From Squalus acanthias (taxonomy: Eukaryota), in assembly GCA_030390025.1 (NCBI GenBank), contig CM059432.1:147810001-147874000 (forward strand): DNA of 64,000 nt, given 5' to 3'. The position numbers and the translations under genes were made by a program. Below are positions 37,610 through 48,412 of the stretch, piece after piece. Every line of letters starts with the position of its first letter. Within the stretch, counting starts at the first letter, position 1. The notes below the pieces were generated by a model. That model was not told the origin of the DNA. It did no database searches and saw nothing but the letters and a program-made list of their open reading frames with translations.

Positions 37610-38370
37610 GGGGGAAAAATTGAGTCGCGCCCCATTTGGGGCGCTAACCTCGCCGGGGCGCGACTTTTAGCGCCCCGAAAAAATTAGCGGCCCCGCGCCG
37701 GAACTTCAGTGGTTGCGCCCCAAGAGGGAAGCGGGGCGCCACTGGAAGCACCCCGCATCCCTCTTGGGGCGCTGCAAGTGAATATCCTGGCGCTACGTGG
37801 CGCTGCGGCACGTCGCGCCGCGGTATTGCAGGCCTTCCTCCCCTTCTTAAAGGGGAGGGACCCTGCGCAGCGCGAACCGGGGCCCAGCTGGGCCCCCAGG
37901 GATCGGGAGTGCCGGCAAAAGAGCCCGGCACTCAAGAGAAGTGCCGGGCTCTTGGAGCGCAGCCGGCACTTCACGGTGGGGGGGCTTCACGGGGGCCGGG
38001 GACAGCAACGGGGGCAGGTGCTGGCAGGCGGCCAGCAACAAAAATGGCCGCCTGCCACCTCCCCTTTAAATATCGCCGCCCCGGCCGCACGTACGCCTCC
38101 CTGAACCCGTCGGACATAGCGTCTGGCGGTAAATCAGGGGGCGCGACTGAAGATCACGGCCGGGGCGCGAGCGGGGTGCTGCGCACGGCGATGACGTCAT
38201 CGCCGGTGGCGCAGCGCCACAGGGCGCTACCGGCTGCCGCCGCCGCTAACCTCCCACTAAATTTTTCGGGAGGCGTGGGCGGCGCTGCGCCCGGGCGTTA
38301 GCTGCTTTACGCCCCATTAGCGCCCTCTTAAGGCGCTAACGGGAGGCGCAAGCAGCTGAATTTTTCCCCC
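37610..38370. mobile_element. Very GC/CpG-rich Harbinger-type MITE
   Basis: TIRs GGGGGAAAAATTGAG and CTGAATTTTTCCCCC; TSD ATT (37607-37609, 38371-38373); right arm matches the left arm of the 16125 element. Confidence 0.92.
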
Positions 38371-38990
38371 ATTGTGTTTGATTAACTTGATTGAGTCCTT
38401 TGATGAAGTAACAGATTAATGTTGTGCAAAAGGACTTGCAAAAAGCGTTTGATAAAGTACCACATAATAGACTTGTTCGCAAAATTGAAGCCCATGGGAT
38501 TAAAGGGGCAGTAGCAGCGTGGATACAAAATTGGCTAAGGGACATAAAGCAGACAGTAGTGGTGGGTGGGTTTTTTTCAAACTGGAGGGAAGTGTACAGT
38601 GTCCCCCAGGGGTCATTATTAGGATCACTGCTCTTTTTGATATCGATTAATGACCTGGACTTGGGTGTACAGGGCATAATTTCAAAGTTTACAAATGGCA
38701 CGAAACTCGGAAATGTAGTAAACAGTGAGCAGGACAGTAACAGACTTCAGGAGGACACAGACAGACTGGTGAAATGGGCAGACACACGGCAGATGCAATT
38801 TAACACAGAGAAGTGTGAAGTCATGCATTTTTGTGGGAGGCAATATAAACTAAATGGTACAATTTTAAAGGGGGTGCAGGAACAGAGAGACCTGGGGGTG
38901 TATGTACACAAATATTTGAAGGTGGCAGGACAAGTTGAGAAGGCTGTTAAAAAAACATACGGGATCCTCGGCTTTACAAAGACAGGCATA

Positions 38991-40518
38991 GGGCTAGAAA
39001 TTCGTTATAGCCAAGAAATGGGCAGTGTTTAGACAATGGTTAAGTAGCGCCAGTTGAAAATCATCTAGGCAACACGGAAAATTCATCCTCACTCCTCATT
39101 AAAATGATGGAGTCATGATTCTGGTCTAAAAGCTCAAGCTCATTTGCATTACACTGAAAAGATGGACCAATATTGGGGGCAGTCTAAATGCCAGTAATGA
39201 TTGCCATAGGCTTTTTTCACTTCTTAAAGGGGAGGTTCATTGATGCTGCAGCACCACATTCTCAGCATTGTTGGGTGTGCAGCTGCCTCAACAACCATAA
39301 TAAGAAGGACAAGGCGAAGGAGCACTTATTTACAAATCATGATGGCAGATCGCAGCCCCAGGGAGAGAGCCTGGAGGTTTTCCGATGAAGCTTTGGAGGC
39401 ATTGATTTTAGCGGTGGAGAGAAGGCAGGCGGTCCTGTACCTGTCAACTTGCAGGAGGCCCTCACCACAAGTCTGCCAGACTAAGTGAAGGGAGGTGCAC
39501 ACCACGTCACGGGCAGCACTGTGGTCCCCAGGACAGTGCAGGAAGAAGTTTAATGACCTCACACGGGTGGTCAGGGTGAGTGAAGGCTTCAACAAATGTT
39601 GTACCATCTGTACCATCATCTGTACCACTAGCCTCACACACTGCTTAATGCACCACACCCCCAGCACTCACCCACCAAGAATCTCTACCTAGCAACACTC
39701 ACACCCACATCTCACACCTTGCACACAATGACAGCTATTCAATTGTGGCAGGCACAAGGATCATTAGTTATTATAATTCATGCGATACGTTTATAGATAA
39801 ATCTATTAATTCTGTTTGGAATATTTTGTTGTCTCTCTCACTTCACCTTTGCACCCAGGAGGATGCTGTGATATGGAATGAGACAGGGATTTGTATCATG
39901 GGGATATGGTGAGCTACGGAGATCTGGGGTTTCATTCATGCGAATCGGAGTCTGATGAGTCGAGTCGGTCACAGACAGCCCATCCGGAAGGCCAATTGTC
40001 TCGCTGCCTCCACTCCCTCCACCATAGATCCTGGAGCGTGAGGTCCACTGCCAGTACAGCCCCCATGATTTATAGCAAGTGTTGTAGGTTGAAGCTTCTC
40101 AGAAATAATTATGGAATTTAGTATTTGCCACAACATTCCTTGATACCAAAGAACCTTGAAATGAATAAAGAAAACTCTTCCAGTAGCAGGAAGGAGCACA
40201 CAGCCACTCAAACTTCAAAAACCTGTCAGGTCCGAGTGATTGGTGATGATTCATCGCTGGAGCCGGCTTCCTGCTGCTGCCCGCCACCTGAAGCTGTCGT
40301 TGTTTTCACCAGCCGGTAAGTTCGTTGGCTGTAACAAAGTTGGGACGATCACTGACGTCACGATCTCCATGATGGCGAGGTCCCCGGCGATCGTGTTCAG
40401 CGGCAGCGCTACTGGCAGCACTGATATGGCATGTGGCACTGGAACCGGCATCAGGTGGCATTAAAGCTCTCAACAGATGCCGCTAACGTGTGGCACAAAC
40501 CACACGAATTTCTCCCCC
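38991..40518. mobile_element. Composite non-autonomous Harbinger (Myb exon 1, unrelated internal DNA, MITE-type right end)
   Basis: TIRs GGGCTAGAAATTC and GAATTTCTCCCCC; TSD ATA on both sides; host CR1 continuous (GI|VYKSKDIML); MADRSPRERAWRFSDEALEAL..QCRKKFNDLTRVVR followed by GTGAGT. Confidence 0.88.
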
Positions 40519-41589
40519 ATAGTGTACAAAAGCAAGGATATTATGCTAAACCTTTCTCAATCTCTGGTTAGGCTCCAGCTGGATTATTGTATCCAATTCT
40601 GGGCACCACATTTTAGGAAAGATGTCAAGGCCTTAGAGAGGGCGCAGAGATTTACTGGAATGGTACCAGGGATGAGGGACTTCAGTTACATGGAGAGACT
40701 GGAGAAGCTGGGGTTGTTCTCCATAGCGCAGAGAAGGATAAAGGGAGATTTAATATAGGCGTTCAAATTCATGAGGGGTTTTGATAGACTAAATAAGGAG
40801 AAACTGTTTTCAGTGGCAGATGGGTCGGTAACCAGAGGATGCAGATTGAAGGTAATTGGCAAAAGAACCAAAGGCAAGATGAGGAGAATTTATTTAACAC
40901 AGCGAGTTTTTATGATCTGGAATGCACTGCCTGAAAGGGAGGTGGTCGCAGATTCAATAGTAATTTTCAAACTGAATTGGATAAATACTTGAAAAGGAAA
41001 TATTTGCAGAGCTGTGGGGAAAGAGCAGGGGAGTGGGACTAATTGGAGAGCTCTTTCAAAGAGCCGGCACAGGCACAATGGGCCAAATGGCCTCCTTCTG
41101 TGCTGTATCATTCTATGATTCTACAGTTCTTTCCTTATTTAAATATAATATTTGATTGCGATATTATTTATAGTAAATTGCAAACCTGACAATTTGGTAG
41201 GAAGAGAAGCAGAGTTGGTTAGAGTTTCTCTGCAGTGCAGGGAGAAACTGAGATGCAAAACTGAGATGCTACAGCACCACCACTGGCAGGAGAGTGTATT
41301 TACAGCGTGACAAATTGACATCGGAAGATTCCATTCAAACTGTGGATGTAGGAATTCATAATTGGAATGTTGACACAAAGGTTTAACAGAAACGTGACTG
41401 GAGGAAGTAAGGTTTTGTAGGCAACAAAAGTGCACAAGCATACAATTTTAATAAAATATATAAGGGGAAATTTTCCTGGTTTTGCACCCAGGCGCACTGG
41501 ATCGACTGGGCACAGTGAATTTGAGAATTGGGTGATTCAGAACACACGCCTGTAAAGGAACACACCCACTTTTACTTCCATTAATTTAG

Positions 41590-41722
41590 CGCAAACAAAT
41601 TTGCTGTTTGTGACAAATGGCTGCTTTGTTCCGATATAACAGCAATTTAAAAGTAATTTGTGTAAAGTGCTTTGAGATGTTGCTCAGAGTTGTGATAAGG
41701 TGGCATATAAATACAAGTCCTT
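41590..41722 (+). mobile_element. DeuSINE/SacSINE1-like 3' fragment
   Basis: AAATGGCTGCTTTGTTCC..TGTAAAGTGCTTTGAGATG..GTGATAAGGTGGCATATAAATACAAGTC. Confidence 0.6.
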
Positions 41723-41791
41723 TGTTCTACTGGGGAGAGCCAAATAGCCATTACTTTAATAACTGGAACCGAGTATCATTTTGTAAAAAAA

Positions 41792-42059
41792 TGTAGTGGT
41801 CTGTGACGTAAGAAAACTACTAGGTTACAGTTACGTTATTGGTTTATATCAAAAGAATAAGAAAACTACTAGGCACTTGATCTAAGCATTAAACAAAGCT
41901 TTAATCAACTGTTTTACAACATGGAGGTCTAGTTGCGTCCATCACTAGTTCCTGTTAAGAATGTCCCGCGCAAGCTGGGCCCATGCCCGAGTATTTATAC
42001 TCTCCCTGGACAGCGCCACCAGCAGGCCGCCCAGTATTATTTCATAAGTCATTTCCACA
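41792..42059 (-). mobile_element. Possible solo LTR
   Basis: On the minus strand starts TGTGGAAA, has TATAAATA then ATTAAA, and TG..CA ends are possible; no TSD found. Confidence 0.35.
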
Positions 42060-42411
42060 TGAATGACAAGATCCATGTCAGTCTGTTTGCTGATTCCATT
42101 TCTAAAAAGAAGGATGTAACTAAAAATCTTAATTAATTCTATACTTATGGGAATTTTCAATAGTCAAGAGAGAGGAAATTGTGATCGCATGAAGAGTGTC
42201 ATCTAGGTGCTTTCGACAAAGCATCCCAGTTTGGCTTGTTTCTGTTTCTGCTTGGCACCTTTCTACCCTACCGCAGGGGCCCAAGATTCACTCCGTGGAT
42301 TGATGTGAAGCTCAAGGATCAGCAAGTGCTTGAGTTGTTGATGGTGATTGGTGAAGCGCACTTGGCAGTTGGGTCTGATTGTAATGCTGCCAGTGGCCCA
42401 TTCATATTAAT

Positions 42412-42619
42412 CTTCTTCTTCTTAGGCAGTCCCTCGGAACCGAGGATGACTTGCTTCCACACCAAAAATGAGTTCTCAGGTGACTGAGGAGTCCAATGCG
42501 GGACCTACAGTCTCTGTCACAGGTGGGGCAGACGGTGGTTGAAGGGGGCGGGTGGGTGTGGGGTGCTTGGGTTGACGTGCGCTCCTTCCGCTGTTTGCGC
42601 TTGGCAATATTAATTCATA
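42412..42619 (-). mobile_element. RTE-clade LINE 3' end with (GAA)n tail and 12-bp TSD
   Basis: C-terminal zinc finger CPTCDRDCRSRIGLLSHLRTH; tail GAAGAAGAAGA; TSD ATTCATATTAAT at 42400-42411 and 42620-42631. Confidence 0.85.
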
Positions 42620-42893
42620 ATTCATATTAATGGGTTGTCATTGGCAATCATGATTGAAAAGCCTGATGGATTAAGTACCAAGCTTCCATCTTTGAGGTGG
42701 TGGTTTCTAAATAGTTTCTTAAGTCCACGGTTAGAACATGCATCAAAGAAGAGCAACGGCAGTGAAGTGGGCTGGAGCTTTCAATGCAGCTAAAATTTAC
42801 TGACCCAGCAGTTTCAGTCAGATTGTTTTTTAAAGTTTATTTCTGGGTTGTAGGCGCTATTTATTGCCATTCCCTTGTTGCTTTGAAGGCAAT

Positions 42894-43956
42894 GGCTCCG
42901 ATATTGACAGGGAGGCAGAGAGGGAGGGGAGGTCAGTTTTGCAGTCGGGAAAGTCGGAAGAATGGGTTTCCCTCCAGACCTGTCGAATTTAATGGCAGGA
43001 TCTGGTCACCATTCTTGGATTCCGTTTCCCGGCCGCAACCAACCAGATTGAGAGGCTGGCTGGCTGTCGGGCGGGTAGGCCTTCAGCACCAGGCAGCAGC
43101 CAGGGAGTGGAGAGGAGGGAGGTAGAGACAGGGGGTCGGGGGGGGGCATCGATGGGAGGCCAGGAGAGATCAGGGGTTGGGGGGTAACTTTGCTGGGGGG
43201 TGGAGGGGGAGTGGCGGGGTGGAGGAGAGATCAGGGAAGAGGGGAGAAGATAGCGGAAAGGGCATGAGAGATAGGGGGAGGAGGGGAGTAGATCATGGAA
43301 GAGGCCGGAGAGATCGGGGAAGGAGGGGAGAAGATCACAGAAAGGGCCGGAGAGATCGGGGGGAGGGGTGAAGATCGCGAAAGGCATGAGAGGTCAGGGA
43401 GGAGGGGTGAAGGTTGCTAGCGGCTGGAGAGATCGGGGGAGATGGGGATAAGATCGCAGAAGGGGCCAGAGAGATCGGGCGGGGAGGGGGAGCAGTGAAG
43501 ATCGCGGTGGGTCTTTAGAGGACAAGGCGGTGGGGTGGGGGGGGGTGGTTGGGGAACAGATGAGATCGTGGGGAGGTTCCAGGTTTTCTTGCCGGGCTGG
43601 GTGGAAGTACTCCTGCTCCTCCTGGTCTACAAGCAGTGCTGGAAAAGCACTTAACCTGTTCCAGGCAGCAGTCCTCACCTCCCTTTAGCTGTCGGGTTTC
43701 CCAAGGCCCAGGAAACCTGGCCGGCCAGTGTTAAAGCTGGAATAGAGAAAATATCTGAGGCAAGGAATCTCATTAAAATATGTAAATGAGTGACCTGCCT
43801 CCTGGGAGTGGATTGGTTGACAGCCCCCAGTCCCGTCGCCATTACAAACATAAGTGGGCAGGTTCGAGGCGGGTTGGGTTCAGGTTGGGGACGTTTTACC
43901 TTTTTACTTCCCACTGAACTCAAACCCACTCGTTTTTGGGGGTTAAAATTCCCCCC
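42894..43956. mobile_element. Harbinger-like MITE (family of 7501-8205) with an internal ~40-bp purine-rich tandem repeat (43220-43505)
   Basis: Right end GGGGTTAAAATTCCCCCC; repeated GGAGAGATCGGGG..GAAGATCGCAGAAAGGGCC units. Confidence 0.75.
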
Positions 43957-43994
43957 TAAGAGTCAACCATATGATAGGGGACTAGAGTCATGTG

Positions 43995-44420
43995 TAGAAT
44001 CAAAGAATTGTACAGCGCAGAAGGAGGGCATTCAGCCCATCGTGCCTGTGCCGGCTCTTTGAAAGAGCTCTCCAATTAGTCTCACTCTCTTGCGCTTTCC
44101 CCACAGCCCTGCAAATCTTTCCTTTGCAAGTATTTATCCACTTTCCTTTTGAAAGTTACTATTGAATCTGCGGCCACCACCCTTTCAGGCAGCGCATTCC
44201 AGATCACAACAACCCGCTGTGTGAAAAAAATTCTCCTCATCTCCCCCTCTGGTTCTCTTGCCAATTACCTTAAATCTGTGTCCTCTGGTTACTGACCTTC
44301 CTGCCACTGGAAATAGTTTCTCCTTATTTACTCTATAAAAAACCCTCATAATTTTGAACACCTCGATTAAATCTCCCCTTAACCTTTTCTGCTGTCAGGA
44401 CAACAATTTTCTCCACATAA
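43995..44420 (-). mobile_element. CR1 3' fragment
   Basis: GEMRRIFFTQRVVVIWNALPERVV..; 3' UTR hairpin. Confidence 0.9.
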
Positions 44421-44959
44421 CTAAAGTTATAGCTCAGACCAGTTAGGGGTGGCAGATTCCTTTTTCCTGAAGGATGTTAGTGTATCATTTGGGTTTTTAC
44501 AACAATCCAGCCGCTTTCATGGTCATTTTTTTTTCCAGCCCACAAATTATGAGATTTATTGCAATTCAATTTTGCAGCTTGCCATGGAGAGGGGGGGAGG
44601 AGTTTGAACTCATGACCTACTTGGTTTCTTCATCCACTACCATATCCACTAGGCTAGCATTCCCATAATGAGCTAGAATGGCCCACTGGAGGGTCAGCGC
44701 TGATGTTGTTGGGCACTATGGTTGGAATGCACAGAGGCCTAAAAACCATTGGAAGAGAAGGCCCAGTCAAAGGAAACAAGCTCCAGGAAAGGAGTAAAAT
44801 TCAAACCCCAGGCCCCCAAGAAAGGGTAGGCCCGGCACCAAAACTTATTGGACAATGGAAATTTTACAGCTACAATTCAAGTATTTTTTTGGTATTTTTT
44901 AAGTTGTATATAGTTTGTTGGGTTAAAAATTCTGATGTATGTAGTTGGTTGGCTGAGTA

Positions 44960-45292
44960 TAGTCATAGAGTCATAGAGTTATACAGCACAGAAAGAGGCC
45001 CTTCGGACCATCGTGTCCGCGCCGGCCATCAAGCCCTATCTATTCTAATCCCATTTTCCAGCACTTGGTCCGTAGCCTTGTATGCTATGGCGTTTCAAGT
45101 GCTCATCTAAATGCTTCTTGAATGTTGTGAGGGTTCCTGCCTCTACCACCCTTTCAGGCAGAGTGTTCCAGATTCCAACCACCCTCTGGGTGAAAAAGTT
45201 TTTCCTCAAATCCCCTCTAAACCTCCTGCCCCTTACCTTGAAACTATGCCCCCTGGTTATTGACCCCTCTACTAAGGGGAAAAGTTCCTTTA
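44960..45292 (-). mobile_element. CR1 3' fragment
   Basis: ELFPLVEGSITRGHSFKVRGRRFRGDLRKNFFTQRVV..; (CATAGAGT)n tail. Confidence 0.92.
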
Positions 45293-45879
45293 ATAACATG
45301 GTAGTAAATGAAATCTGGAAAAAATGTTTGCAAAACTTGATTGGTTGGTTCTTTGGTAGTTGCTGCTTTAGCTTTGAATATCATGTGGTTTTACGGGGAT
45401 TGCTGGTTCTGGTTGGTAGTGGAAGTTTCTTTTGCCCAGTGAGAATGGATTGTTGGAGTAAATCAGCACAGTTAACTTAACAGATAGTGAATATTTGAGC
45501 CAACCTTGATTTTTGTGGTGTTTTATGCTGAATATACTTTTAAAATATGATAGGTGATGTCCTGAGGATGCGCACTAGATAGAAGGGGGTTGAATTTTCT
45601 CGGGCGTTCTGGGGACCTCCGCTGTAACTCCAGTGCCAGTGGGGCCAGTGGCTCAGCACCAGGCACTGGATACTTTGAGTCCTGAGATAAGCTGGAATTT
45701 CTCGCTCAGTCTTGCGAGGGACAGGGCCCTCACCACACCCATCCCCCCTTTACAAGGCTACTAATGCAGAGTGAGTGGGGTGCAGCAGAGGCTCGGCTCC
45801 TTTCAAAGCTCAGCTGGACGACCTGTGCAAGGCTGGGGCCCGGAGAATCCCGCTTCCAGCTTGCTTTTTCTATTTTTTA

Positions 45880-46132
45880 AAATTTGTTTTTATGGGAAGT
45901 GGGCGTCGCTGGCAAGGTCAGCATTTATTGCCCATCCCTAATTGCCCCTTGAGAAGGTGATGGTGAGCCGCCTTCTTGAACCGCTGCAGTCCGTGTGCTG
46001 AAGGTGCTCCCACAGTGCTGTTAGGTAGGGAGTTCCAGGATTTTGACCCAGCGATGATGAAGGAACGGCCGATATACTTCCAAGTCAGGATGGTGTGTGA
46101 CTTGGAGGGGAACTTGGAGGTGGTGGTGTTCC
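45880..46132 (-). mobile_element. Short 3' fragment of the same LINE family as 29748-30625
   Basis: Near-identical to 29760-30005 (SKSWNSLPNSTVG..KAAHHHLLKG). Confidence 0.85.
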
Positions 46133-46150
46133 TTTTGCTGCACATGTAAG

Positions 46151-46895
46151 CGGGCACGGTAGCATAGTGGTTATGTTACTGGACAAATAATCTAGAGAAT
46201 TATAGAGTTGAAATCCCATCATGGCAGTTTGAGAATGTAAATTCAGTTAAAACCAATCTGGAAATGTAATTTTTTTTTTAAAGCTGCTATCAGTAAAAGT
46301 GAACATGAAGCCGCCGGAATGTTGTAAAAACCCAAATAGTCATAGAGTCATAACGGCACAGAAGGAGGCCATTCGGCCCATCGAGTCCATGCCGGCTCTC
46401 TGTAGAGCAATCCAGTCAGACCCATTCCCCCGCTCTATCCCCGTAGCCCTGCAAGTTTATTTCCCTCAAGTGCCTATCCAGTCTCCCCTTGAAAACATCG
46501 AGTGTCTCCGCTTCCACCACTTCTGTCGCCAGCGAGTTCCAGGTCATCACCACTCGCTGTGTAAAAAAGTTTTTCCTCACATCCCCCCTGTGTCTCTTGC
46601 CCAAAACCTTAAATCTGTGTCCCCCCTAGTCCTTGTACCATCAACCACTGTTTTACATTTAAACAAAAGCAAAATACTGCAGATGCTGGAAATCTGAAAT
46701 AAAAATAGTTCACCAATGTTCTTACATGGTCTGGCCTACATGCAACTCAAGTCCCACACCAATGTGGATGAATCTTAACTGCCCTCCGAAGTGGCCTAGC
46801 AAGCCACTCGGTTGTAACGAAGAATGCAGGGCACCTAGGGATGGGCAATGAATGGCAACCTTGCCAGTGACACCCACATCCCGAGAATAATTTTT
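46151..46895 (+). mobile_element. tRNA-derived SINE sharing 5' head/body and 3' tail with the LINE; interrupted at 46341-46702
   Basis: A box TAGCATAGTGG (46160-46170), B box GAGTTGAAATCCC (46205-46217); body GGTCTGGCCTACATG..CTTAACTGCCCTCCGAAGTGGCCTAGCAAGCCACTC; tail AGGGATGGGCAAT..CCTTGCCAGTGACACCCACATCCC. Confidence 0.85.
46341..46645 (-). mobile_element. CR1 3' fragment inserted in the SINE
   Basis: RGDVRKNFFTQRVVMTWNSL..; TSD AAATAGT (46334-46340, 46703-46709) encloses this fragment plus an extra ~58 bp. Confidence 0.85.
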
Positions 46896-46994
46896 TAAAC
46901 TCCTGCCGATGTTGCAGGTGGTGTGCGCTGGAAAGGCCAAGGATTTTTGGCCCTTTGTCATTACCAATTTGGAGAAACCGCTGTTTTACATTTT

Positions 46995-47722
46995 AACAAA
47001 AGCAAAATACAGCGGAGGCTGGAAATCTGAAATAAAAACAGAAAATGCTGGAAATACTCAGCAGACCAGGCAGCATCTGTGGAGAGAGAGACAGAGTTAA
47101 CGTTTCAGGTCGATGACCCTTCATCAGAACTGGAGAAAGTTAGAGATTTAAGCAAGTACAGAGGCATGGAAAAGAGGGGATGGAGGGGAGGAAAGGACAA
47201 GAGGGAAGGTCGGTGATAGGGTGGAGGCCAGGAGAGATTAAATGACAAAAGGGTGATGGTGCAAGGCAAAAGGGGGTGGTAATGGGACAAGTAAAAAAAC
47301 AAAAGATGGGTATGGAGGAGCTGTAAATGGCAACAGCATAACCATTACTAGTACCTGCTGTCCAAAAAAATGAGGGCAGTGGTTATGATCTGAAGTTATT
47401 GAAATCAATGTTGAGTCCAGAAGGTTGTAAAGTGCCTAATTGAAGGATGAGGTGCTGTTCCTCGAGCTTCCGTTGAGCTTCATTGGAACAGTGTAGGAGG
47501 CCGAGGATGGAGAGGTCAGAGTGGGAGTGGGGCGGAGAATTAAAATGGCAAGCGACCGGGAGCTCAGGGTCACGCTTGTGGACTGAGCAGAGGTGTTCAG
47601 CAAATTGATCACACAATCTGTGTTTGGTGGAGGAGACCGCATCGTGAGCAGCGAATACAGTACGCTAAATTGAAAGAAGTACTAGTAAATCGCTGTTTCA
47701 CCTGGAAGGAGTGTTTGGGGCC
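46995..47722 (-). mobile_element. Penelope-like element 3' part: GIY-YIG endonuclease remnant plus pseudo-LTR
   Basis: QGPKHSFQVKQRFTSTSFNLAYCIRCSRCGLL..; FAEHL..PVACHFNSPPHSHSDL..RKLEEQHLILQLGTLQPSGLN. Confidence 0.9.
47091..47133 (-). ncRNA. Minimal type I hammerhead ribozyme motif in Penelope pseudo-LTR
   Basis: CCAGTT-CTGATGA-AGGGTC ATC GACCT-GAAA-CGTT-AACT: conserved core CUGAUGA/GAAA, stem II, palindromic ACGU stem III, stem I AGUU/AACU. Confidence 0.75.
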
Positions 47723-48412
47723 CTGGACGGTGGGAAAGGAGAATAGTTCACACTCGATCAATTTTGCGCTTTTTTTAGTGCACAGGTCTAGCAGAGAGGG
47801 ATAGCGACAATTTATTTCCCCCCGCACTTCCATGTCTGTGAATGGCTGGATTAAAAATCTAAATCGTTAATGAATTTGTAAGTGTTGGCAACACTACTTA
47901 ATACAAATTAAATAAGCGAATCACTGTGTTATTAATGGGGCTTTATTTTCTTACACATGTTGCTTAACAAACATCTGGAGAGCCCGGACTCTCAGCACTT
48001 ACTTTTATCTCGATGAATAAATGGAATGTATATATTGCGTACAGTGCTCTAGATTCTTTGTGATAGGGTGGTTTATGTTGAGATGATTGAGGAGTCGGCT
48101 GTTTAAATCACCACAAGACCCGATATCATCTTCTTCATTCAACTACTAGGGGTGAAAAATGTGTTTTAATCAATGAGACACAATAAGAACATAAGAAATA
48201 GGAGCAGGAGTAGGCCAATCGGCCCCTCGAGCCTGCTCCGCCATTCAATAAGATCATGGCTGATCTGATCCTAACCGCCAATCTACTATCTATCACAGAA
48301 CCATCTCCTGCATCTAACAGAATTGCACACACGAAATAGGAGCAGAATCAGGCTACACAGTCCCTGGGCCCGCTCCACTACCCACAGGGCCATGACCGAT
48401 CCGAACCTAGAC

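Larger units (their letters stand above)
35265..41125 (+). mobile_element. CR1 LINE fragmented by four nested insertions (Penelope piece, inverted CR1, MITE, Harbinger)
   Basis: SDHNII.., KSPGPDGMHPRL|..PSNYRPVS..|KAFDKVPH..GIEY|KSKDIML..; 3' tail TTCTATGATTCTA at ~41111-41123. Confidence 0.88.
42830..44666 (-). mobile_element. Old copy of the tRNA-headed SINE split by a MITE and a CR1 fragment
   Basis: Pieces 42830-42893 (tail, TTTATTGCC), 43957-43995 (AAGAGTCAACCA) and 44430-44666 (GGCAGATT..TTTGAACTC, head) align in order with the 1260-1541 head and the 46151-46895 SINE. Confidence 0.65.

Noticed and set aside
37610..38370. CpG island as a host gene promoter, with GC-rich ORFs
   Set aside because: Bounded exactly by TIRs and an ATT TSD inside a CR1; the ORFs are by-products of high GC content.
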